Part shown: positions 56,005 to 64,000 of the stretch, piece by piece | Numbering within the stretch: position 1 is the stretch's first letter | How the letters are laid out: the number at the start of each line of letters is the position of its first letter | DNA from: Rebecca billardiae RCC1528 | Lineage: Eukaryota; Protista; Haptophyta | Assembly (NCBI GenBank): GCA_965240325.2 | Contig: OZ251241.1 | Coordinates: 682,001 to 746,000, forward strand | DNA: 64,000 nucleotides | Direction of reading: 5' to 3' | The notes under the pieces: model-generated | The model's database searches: none | What the model was told of the DNA's origin: nothing | Seen by the model: only the letters and a program-made list of their open reading frames with translations | Program-made: the position numbers and the translations under genes

Positions 56005-59000
56005 GAGTCCACTCCACCGAAATCGCGGGTTGGCCCGGCCTCCTCGCTCTCCTACGGCCCGGGGGCTTGTCAGACAAACCCACGGGGGCGGCGGAATGTC
56101 CGGAAAGCGCAGATCACCAACCGGACGGCCGGCTCCCCACGGGGAGCCGGCCGTCCGGTGCGCAGCAAATAGGCGTCGCGCGTGCGCGGACGCCGGACGC
56201 CAGCCCTAACGGCGGGATGGTGTTCACCGGGCGACGCCCTTGGCGACGCGAGGGCCCGCCTGCGCCACGCGCCCAGGGCCGCATACGAGCTTGACAGCCG
56301 TGCGCGGGCGCCTCGTGGTGGCGAGAAGACCCGATGGCAGCATTTGCGCCGTCTTGTCCACGCCCTCGTCACCCTTTATGCGCGCAAAGACCTGCTAACT
56401 GGCACGCGCAGCTCTAGAATTGAAGGCCTGCCCGACGAGCATGATGGTCGGCACGCGTGCGCCCCTGAGGTATTCAATGGTCGGGTACTTTCACTTCTGT
56501 GCGAGGGGCCTGAGAGTACTGAGCATGAACGCTGCGCCTTGAGCCATGCTGGCATCAGTCAGACCGCACGCATGTATGTGAGACGGGCCAGTCGGAGAAT
56601 CGTCATCGGGCCGCCGCCGCCAGTTAGTCAGCCTTGCTTCTTCTCCACGCATAGCCTCGAGCAACAACTAGGCTAGCACATCTGTTGCGTCGACTTCCGA
56701 CACCTTGCGGTCTGCTTCGTCGCTCATGCCTCTATACCTCCCTACGAATGGCGGCATGCCCGGCTGGCGCGAGCCCCGGCCCGCCGTGAACGGTGCGCAC
56801 GCCGTCGCGGCGACCGGCCGACTCACAGCTGACCGGCTCCAGATCGGACCACACCGCGCCATGAGCGTGGGTGCACACGATTGTGCAGGCGATCGCACAC
56901 ATGTCGAGCGCACTGTCTACGGCCAGCAGGTGCCCAAGAACGCACTGTGCTGCAACATGTGCATTTGAGTTCGAACAATCTGCTCACCAAGCAACAAAAC
57001 CGCTCATCTCCGCTGAGTACGCGAGGGCATCGTCGCGCGCTGGGGCTCGTCGATGCGCCAACACCTAGGCCCATCGGGCAGAGGCCGTGGCTCGTCTTAA
57101 TTGGGCCTCTGGCACACGCGCGCGCGCGCTCTCGCGCGGCGGGCCGCCTCCTGGACGCGTCGCGCGGAAAGTAGCCGGGCCCTGCGCGCGGCGAGGGCGG
57201 CGAGGGCGGGCGGGAGCGCGCGCGATTGAGCCCCATAGGTGTCTTGAGCCGCGCCGACCTCGCGCGCGCACCCGCAGCGGCCGTGGGTGCGCGTCCGAGC
57301 GCGCCGCGTGAGGCCGCCATCGCGCCGTGCGCGCGCGGGGCCGTCCCCCGTGGGTTTGTCTGACAAGCCGGGGGGGGGCCGGGCCGCTTGCGCGGCGGCC
57401 CGGCCTCCGTGCATGCACGCGGCGTGTGCGGAGATCATACGGCGATCGCCCGAGATCATAAGTCGCGTGCGCGGGCCGCCCTACCGCGGGGTGCGCGCGC
57501 GTGTTCGCACCCTGGCCGCCCGCATCGCCCGCGGCAGGCCGTCGCGCGCGCTCGCGGGCGGGCGCCAGGGTGCCCGGAACCCGGTCTCGCCGTCGGTTCG
57601 CGCCCGCGCGCCTTCCGCCGCCGCCGCGGCCCGCCGGAACGCCCGCAACGCGCTGCCTGTATGGCCCGGTGAAAGCGCGGCCGCGTGGCGAGGCGAGGAC
57701 GGCGATGTCAGGGCGGCGCGCGTGCGTGTGACGTGTCTCGTGCGGTACTCTCGTCGACCGACCAGCGTCACGCGCGCCGCGGCTCCCGTTGCAACCACGC
57801 GCCGCGCGCGTGCCGCTCGGCGCGGCTGAGCCACTGCTCTGACGGCTCGTCGGTCAGCGCGGCCAAGTCGCACCCGCGACGGGCAGACGAGGCCGCGCGC
57901 CGGCTCCACGGGCGCAGGACTACACGCGCTATCCTCCCTCCGCGAGGGGTAGGCGGCTGCGCCTCGAGACTGCCGCCGCGGCCGTGCCGCGCCCGAGCGT
58001 GTGATCGGACGGCACTGACCGCGGGCACGTGCCAGCGGTGGGGCGCGGCGCGCGGCGCGGCGCGTCGAGCGCAGTCACGCGGACGGCACGGCGACGATCC
58101 GACGCACTCCTCGGGTAAGAGTTCGGCCCGTAGCGCTTGCTCCGCGTTGCGTGTCCCTGCAGCACGAAGTCAGTTACGCACGCGTCGCAAATGACTTGCT
58201 CTCTTGACTCCAGCCTGCAGCCCAGCACCTGTAAGGCGCGCGGGCTTGCTGTGACACAGACTGGCAGCCAACCAGCTCACGGGCCAACACGACTTTCAGC
58301 CTAGCGATGCGTGGAATCGCGTGCTCATCTGTAGAGCTACCAACACTCGAGAGACGATGCATGTTGTTAGTCGCTGTGCCGTCCTAATGACTCCACTCGA
58401 CGAGCAGCGCCGCGCGCCGCGGCCCACTGGCACTGCGCTGGCATCTATTGTTCAGTACGTGGGTCCAGATGAAGTTTGAAGGGAAGCCATGGTGGGCGTG
58501 AAAGCCCGTCCCACCGCGCGCCACAGCCGGGTCACCGGGGCGTGGCGTAGGCAGGTCGGCGTGACCATACGAGCGCGTGGGCATGAGTGACAACTTCCCT
58601 TCTTCAAACTTTTCGACCACTCTCACGTCCACGTCCACGTCCTCGGGCTCGTGCGACCGGCGCGCGTGAAGCTGAGCAGCATGGGAAGGATGGGCAAGTA
58701 GGGGCCAGGGTCACCCTTCTGAATGCTGAACTCTCGGGCATGTCGTGCGAGGATGCCGAACTGTCGCTGTTCCGTCTCACTCCACACGCCTTGCGTCTGA
58801 CGGGCAAGGTTGGCTGCGCAGTAGTCGTGCGACTGCGTCAGACAGCTGCCGCTGAGCGATGCTGCGACTACGTGTGTCGCGCCTGACATTTGACAACAGC
58901 GCGGCCATCATCGACGAACATGCTGGCTAGCGCTGGGCTGATCAGGGCTGATAGCAACCTGCTCTGGGACTACGCCACGCGGTTCGGCGACCACGCCACC

Positions 59001-60011
59001 GCTCGATGCCCATCCGGAGGCATGGACGTGCCGCACTACCTGGCCAGCCATCGCCATGAGGTGGCCGTAGTGCTAAGTGTGTAGCCCGCTGTGCCGTCCG
59101 ATCACACGCCCGGGCGCGGCACGGCCGCGGCGGCAGTCTCGAGGCGCAGCCGCCTACCCCTCGCAGAAGGAGGCTAGCGCGTGCAGGCATGCGCCCGAAG
59201 AACGCGGCCTCGTCTGCCCGTCACGGGTCGTCGCCGTGCCGTCCGCGTGACTGCGCTCGACGCGCCGCGCCGCGCGCCGCGCCCCACCGCTGGCACGTGC
59301 CCGCGGTCAGTGCCGTCCGATCACACGCTCGGGCGCGGCACGGCCGCGGCGGCAGTCTCGAGGCGCAGCCGCCTACCCCTCGCGGAGGGAGGATAGCGCG
59401 TGTAGTCCTGCGCCCGTGGAGCCGGCGCGCGGCCTCGTCTGCCCGTCGCGGGTGCGACTTGGCCGCGCTGACCGACGAGCCGTCAGAGCAGTGGCTCAGC
59501 CGCGCCGAGCGGCACGCGCGCGGCGCGTGGTTGCAACGGGAGCCGCGGCGCGCGTGACGCTGGTCGGTCGACGAGAGTACCGCACGAGACACGTCACACG
59601 CACGCGCGCCGCCCTGACATCGCCGTCCTCGCCTCGCCACGCGGCCGCGCTTTCACCGGGCCATACAGGCAGCGCGTTGCGGGCGTTCCGGCGGGCCGCG
59701 GCGGCGGCGGAAGGCGCGCGGGCGCGAACCGACGGCGAGACCGGGTTCCGGGCACCCTGGCGCCCGCCCGCGAGCGCGCGCGACGGCCTGCCGCGGGCGA
59801 TGCGGGCGGCCAGGGTGCGAACACGCGCGCGCACCCCGCGGTAGGGCGGCCCGCGCACGCGACTTATGATCTCGGGCGATCGCCGTATGATCTCCGCACA
59901 CGCCGCGTGCATGCACGGAGGCCGGGCCGCCGCGCAAGCGGCCCGGCCCCCCCCCGGGCCGTAGGAGAGCGAGGAGGCCGGGCCAACCCGCGATTTCGGT
60001 GGAGTGGACTC
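56005..60011. mobile_element. Foldback/MULE-like element with ~788-bp TIRs (left arm 56005-56060 + 57370-58101; right arm 59224-60011)
   Basis: Arms are reverse complements without indels (mirror ORFs in track); termini GAGTCCACTCC; imperfect flanking duplication CGCCTGAT / CGCCTGTA. Confidence 0.85.
56064..57369. mobile_element. Nested non-autonomous TIR element (PIF/Harbinger-like by 3-bp TSD)
   Basis: Perfect 25-bp TIR GGCTTGTCAGACAAACCCACGGGGG; comparison with the empty site in the right arm shows 3 extra G (TSD GGG). Confidence 0.85.
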
Positions 60012-60129
60012 CGCCTGTAAAGCGTCGGAAACACGCGGTGCCTGCACAGCCGTCTTCTCCGGTCATGAGTCTGTCGCGAGTGTGGCCGCCAACCTGCCCG
60101 GCTTTCACCGCGCGCCCGATTCTCATCTC

Positions 60130-63100
60130 ATGGGCGGCGTGTGCGCGTCGCGCCCGGCGGAGGCCGCGGCGGATGAGGCCGCTGCGCAGCCCGCACCGGG
60201 CACTCCGCCGCCTATCTCGACGCCGCCGTCGCACACCAACCTCGCGCCCGTCCCCGTCGAGGTCACCTCGCCCTCGCCGGGCGCGAAGACGGTGGTGACG
60301 CCGGGTGCGCCCGTCATCACCATCACCACGGCGGACGAGGAGCAGGACGCGCCGGCGCAGTCTGCGGCGGCGACGAACATGGCGGCGCTCGCGCTCATGG
60401 GCGCCGCGCCCCCTCTCGGCGCGCCCTCGCGCTCGCCGCCGCCCGCCGAGAAGAAGGCGCCTCCGCCGGTGGCCGCGAGCTCGGCGCCGCCGGCCGGCGC
60501 TCAGCCTCCTCAGCCCAAGGGCCCGTTCGGCTTCTCGCTCACGCCGCTCACCTCGCCCAACCGGCCCGTCGCCTCGCACGCCGGCAAGCGCGGCTCCTCC
60601 GCCTTCTCCGGCGCGGGCACGCACGCCGGCCTCGAGGTGTGGAAGGTGTCGGCGCTCGCGTCCGCCGTGCCGGTGCGCGGCTCTGAGCGCGGCACCTTCG
60701 ACCCGGCGGGCGTGTACATGTGCCTGCGCACGACGGCGCGCGCGCACGGCGCGGGGCCGGGCGCGCCGCCGGGCGTCGACCGCGCGTGGGAGGCCTTCGT
60801 CTGGGTCGGCGCGTCCGCGCACATCTCGGACGTCGGCACGGCGCTCAGCCTGAGCACGGAGCTCTGGGAATCGCTGGGCGAGATGGCGGCGAGATCGATC
60901 GAGGCGCAGGGCGCCGAGTCGGCGCGGTTCCTCTCGCTGTTCCGCGTGGTGGAGTACGCGCCGCCCGCGCCCGCGCAGACCGCCGCCGCCGAGCCCGCGC
61001 CGCCCAGCCGCGCGCGGCTGCTGCGGTGCGAGGGCGAGCGCACCGCCGTTCTCTCCGAGGTGCCGACGGCGGCGGCCTCGCTCGAGCGCTCGCAGTGCTT
61101 CGTGCTCGAGGTGCCGCCGCCGGGCGGCACGGCGGCGACCGCGGCGCAGACGCCGTCGCCCTCGCCCACCGGCACGCCGAGCGCGAGCGCCGCCGCCGCC
61201 GCCGCCGCCGGCGGCGCGCGTAACGGCGGCGGCGGCGGCGGCGGCGGCGGCGCGTCGTCCGCCGCCGAGGGCCCTCTGCTGCCGAGCGCGGCCATCTTCG
61301 TGTGGAACGGGCGGCACGCGAGCGCGCGCGCGAAGGCGGGCGCGGTGGACGCGGCGCTGCGCGCGCGCGCGATGCCGCGGTACAAGACGGGCGCGCTCGT
61401 CGAGGTGCTCGACGACGGCATCACGGACGGCGAGGGCATCGCCGAGGCGTTCTGGCGGGCCCTCGGCGCCAAGTCAGCAGCGGACGCGTCCGGCGGCGGC
61501 GGCATGCGCGCTCGGCCGAGCAGGCCGAGCCGGCCCGAGCCGCCGACGGGCGCGTGGGCGGTGACTCGGCTGTACCGCCTCAAGATGCTGCACGGCGAGG
61601 AGCGGGGCACGCTCGAGCCGCCCCCCGCCTCGGGCTCGTCGGGCGGCGGCGGGTCGAAGCCGGACGCCGAGCGCGCGGCGGTGACCATCCAGCGCGTTGT
61701 GCGCCGCCGCTCCTCCGGCCGGCTGCTGCTCGAGGGCGAGGCGGTGGCGGCGGCGCCCGGCCCGGCGTCGAGCGCGCGCGGCGCGCGCGTGCCGGCCAAG
61801 ACCGTCGCGGGCGCGAGCGAGGTGCTCTCGCGCCCGCTCACGCGCGCCATGCTGTACGACGCACCGCCGGGCGCCGCGGGGGGCTCCGACTGGGCAGGCG
61901 CCGGGCGTGACCTGTTCCTACTGAGCACGGCGGAGGGCGTGGCGGTGTGGGCGCCGCGCGGCGCGTCCGAGGTGGCGCGGCGCGGCGCGCTCGAGCGCGC
62001 GCGCATCTTCGTCAAGGCCTCCGGCCGCGCGCCCAGCACGCCGTGCACCGCCGTGAGCGAGGGCAGCGAGACGGCACACTTCCGATCGCACCTGGCCGGC
62101 TTTGCGACCGCGGAGGTGCTCGAGGCCGCCGCGGGCCGGCTGAGCGCGGGCGCGGGCGGCGAGAAGGGCGGCGGCGGCGCGGCGTCGTTCGTGCCGCGCT
62201 CGCTGGCCTTCGTCGAGCGCGCAGCCGGCGCGACGTTCAGCGGCGGGAGCAAGTCGCCGTCGAGCGCGCGGCGCGGCGCGGCGGGCGGCGCCGAGGCGGG
62301 CAGCTCTGCGCTGCGCGTGTGGCGCGTTGCCGCGCGCACGCGCGTGCAGCTCCCGCCTCAGGAGGTCGGCCTGCTGTTCGACCGAGATGCGTATCTCGTG
62401 CTCGCGCCGCAGCAGCCGCAGCAGCAGCAGCCCGCTGCGGCGCAGCACGCGGCCGCGACGCAGAGCAGCCGGCAGTCGGCGGGCAGCGCGCGCGGCGGCG
62501 GCGCGGTGAGCGGCAAGCCTGCTGCCGCGCCGCCGCAGCCGCCGCCGCGAGCCGCCGCCGCCGCCGCCGCCGCCGGCGGCGCGCGCCACGTCGCCTACCT
62601 CTGGCTGGGCGGGAGCGCGCCCGTGGCGACGGCGGTCGCGGCGCGCGCGCACCTCGCCGAGCTCGAGTCGGAGCTCGCCGCGTCGGGCAGCGCGCCGATC
62701 TGCGTGCAGGAGGTGCGGCAGGGGTTCGAGCCTTACCACTTTTTGGCGCGGTTTGGCGGCAGGCTCGTCATCCGGAAGGGAGCGCACGCGAACGACGTGC
62801 GCGACGCCGCGACCGCCGCCGAGCCGGCCGGCGGCGGCGGTGGCGGCGGCGTCGGCGGGCGCACGGGTAGCGGGGCTGCGCCGAGCGCGCCGGCCGCGCC
62901 GACGACCGATCAGCATGGCGGCGCGGCGGAGTCGAAGAAAAAAGGCGGCGGCAGCAACAGCTGGTGGCCGTTCGGCGGCGGAGGCGGCGGCGGACGCGGC
63001 GGCGGCGTGCAGGAGACGGCCATCGTGCCGCCGTTCCTCTCACCGTCTGAGGGCGCAGCCCCGCAGGCGGGCGGCGGCGCGGCGGCGGACGGCGTGGCCG

Positions 63101-64000
63101 CCGCGCCGCGCGGCGGCGGGCTCTTTGGCGGCGCCGGCCGGAAGGGTGCCGCGCGCGAGGGCGGCGCGGCCGGCGCGCCGCCGTCGGCTGAGCTGGCGAG
63201 CGCGCAAGTCGCCGTGCCGCAGACGCCCGTGCTGCTGCGCGTGCGCGGCGCGTCGGAGCTCGACGCGTGGGCGGAGGAGGTGGCGTGCGAGCGCGGCGCG
63301 CTCCGCTCGGACGGCTCGTTCATCGTGCGCCCGGGCGGCGGCTTTGGCGAGGCGCCGCCCGCGCGCACGCGCGCCGGCACGCGCGTGCACTCCGCCCACA
63401 CGTGGCTGTGGCACGGCGCGCACGCGCCCTCGCTCGCGCGCGAGGCCGCGCTCGCGCTCGCGAAGGGCGTGCACGCCGCCGCGGCGGAGGAGACGGCGAG
63501 CGGCGGGCGGGTGCAGGAGGTGGAGCAGGGGAGGGAGCCCGATGAGATCTGGGCGCTGCTCGGTGGGCTGAGCACCGGCGGCTCGGCGGCCGAGGCGGGC
63601 GGCGGCGCGGCGGCCGGCGCGCCCTCCGCGGCGTCGTTGCCGCCGCTCTCGCCGCGCCTTTTCGTGCTAGAGCAGTCTGTGCCCGGCGCGGTGGGCGCGG
63701 TGGGCGCCGCGGTCTCCCGAGCGATCGGCGGCGCGACGCCCACCGCGGAGCAGCCCCACCTCAGCGCCAGCCTCGGCCACGCGCACGTCCGCTTCGCCGA
63801 GCTCGCCGAGTTCTCCCGCGCGGACCTCCAGTACGACCAGTGCTACGCACTCGACACGGGCGCGGAGGTGCTCGGCTGGGTCGGGCCGGACGCGAGGTTG
63901 GACGCGCCGCCCGCCGCGCCGCTGCACGCGGGCACCGAGTACGCGCCGCCGCCGAGCACCGCGGGCACGCCGCCCGACGGCCTGGAGGTCGCGATGGCGT
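60130..64000 (+). CDS. Villin/gelsolin-family actin-binding protein, 3'-truncated by window end
   Basis: Open frame from MGGVCAS with AFSGAGTHAGLEVWKV, SLERSQCFVLE, IFVWNG, VSEGSETAHF, EVRQGFEPYHFLARF, EVEQGREPDEIW; absent from the track because there is no stop in the window. Confidence 0.88.
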   Translation, partial: MGGVCASRPAEAAADEAAAQPAPGTPPPISTPPSHTNLAPVPVEVTSPSPGAKTVVTPGAPVITITTADEEQDAPAQSAAATNMAALALMGAAPPLGAPSRSPPPAEKKAPPPVAASSAPPAGAQPPQPKGPFGFSLTPLTSPNRPVASHAGKRGSSAFSGAGTHAGLEVWKVSALASAVPVRGSERGTFDPAGVYMCLRTTARAHGAGPGAPPGVDRAWEAFVWVGASAHISDVGTALSLSTELWESLGEMAARSIEAQGAESARFLSLFRVVEYAPPAPAQTAAAEPAPPSRARLLRCEGERTAVLSEVPTAAASLERSQCFVLEVPPPGGTAATAAQTPSPSPTGTPSASAAAAAAAGGARNGGGGGGGGGASSAAEGPLLPSAAIFVWNGRHASARAKAGAVDAALRARAMPRYKTGALVEVLDDGITDGEGIAEAFWRALGAKSAADASGGGGMRARPSRPSRPEPPTGAWAVTRLYRLKMLHGEERGTLEPPPASGSSGGGGSKPDAERAAVTIQRVVRRRSSGRLLLEGEAVAAAPGPASSARGARVPAKTVAGASEVLSRPLTRAMLYDAPPGAAGGSDWAGAGRDLFLLSTAEGVAVWAPRGASEVARRGALERARIFVKASGRAPSTPCTAVSEGSETAHFRSHLAGFATAEVLEAAAGRLSAGAGGEKGGGGAASFVPRSLAFVERAAGATFSGGSKSPSSARRGAAGGAEAGSSALRVWRVAARTRVQLPPQEVGLLFDRDAYLVLAPQQPQQQQPAAAQHAAATQSSRQSAGSARGGGAVSGKPAAAPPQPPPRAAAAAAAAGGARHVAYLWLGGSAPVATAVAARAHLAELESELAASGSAPICVQEVRQGFEPYHFLARFGGRLVIRKGAHANDVRDAATAAEPAGGGGGGGVGGRTGSGAAPSAPAAPTTDQHGGAAESKKKGGGSNSWWPFGGGGGGGRGGGVQETAIVPPFLSPSEGAAPQAGGGAAADGVAAAPRGGGLFGGAGRKGAAREGGAAGAPPSAELASAQVAVPQTPVLLRVRGASELDAWAEEVACERGALRSDGSFIVRPGGGFGEAPPARTRAGTRVHSAHTWLWHGAHAPSLAREAALALAKGVHAAAAEETASGGRVQEVEQGREPDEIWALLGGLSTGGSAAEAGGGAAAGAPSAASLPPLSPRLFVLEQSVPGAVGAVGAAVSRAIGGATPTAEQPHLSASLGHAHVRFAELAEFSRADLQYDQCYALDTGAEVLGWVGPDARLDAPPAAPLHAGTEYAPPPSTAGTPPDGLEVAMA

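Noticed and set aside
59653-63927. Track ORFs of 554, 609 and 332 aa
   Set aside because: Shadow frames of the villin-like gene, whose real frame has no stop in the window

Overview
Very GC-rich eukaryotic nuclear DNA with short GC-rich GT-AG introns. The style fits a haptophyte alga such as Diacronema/Pavlova (inference from composition and gene style). About 16 genes are recognisable: SPT4 (3' part), two ankyrin proteins (one with a near-perfect 597-bp internal duplication and TPRs), plant-type threonine synthase, a CNNM metal transporter, a 54-aa membrane microprotein missed by the ORF track, a 4-TM protein, a TEDC1-like protein, a GT25-like glycosyltransferase, SCAI, a ~4590-aa fibrocystin-L-like protein, coiled-coil, EF-hand-like and Q/P-rich proteins, MZT1, and a villin/gelsolin-like gene running off the window. 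Mobile DNA includes a hAT element with TIRs and a perfect 8-bp TSD (12295-14906). A 4-kb foldback/MULE-like element with 788-bp near-identical TIRs (56005-60011) sits between the divergent MZT1 and villin-like genes. A second TIR element with a 3-bp TSD is nested in its left arm. (TA)n and (ATATATAA)n satellites punctuate intergenic space. Most other ORF-track entries are GC-rich shadow frames. No clearly new biological system is demonstrable. The best leads are the nested foldback element, the R-X-L-punctuated giant surface protein, the intron grammar and the microprotein. All family assignments come from motif recall, not database searches.
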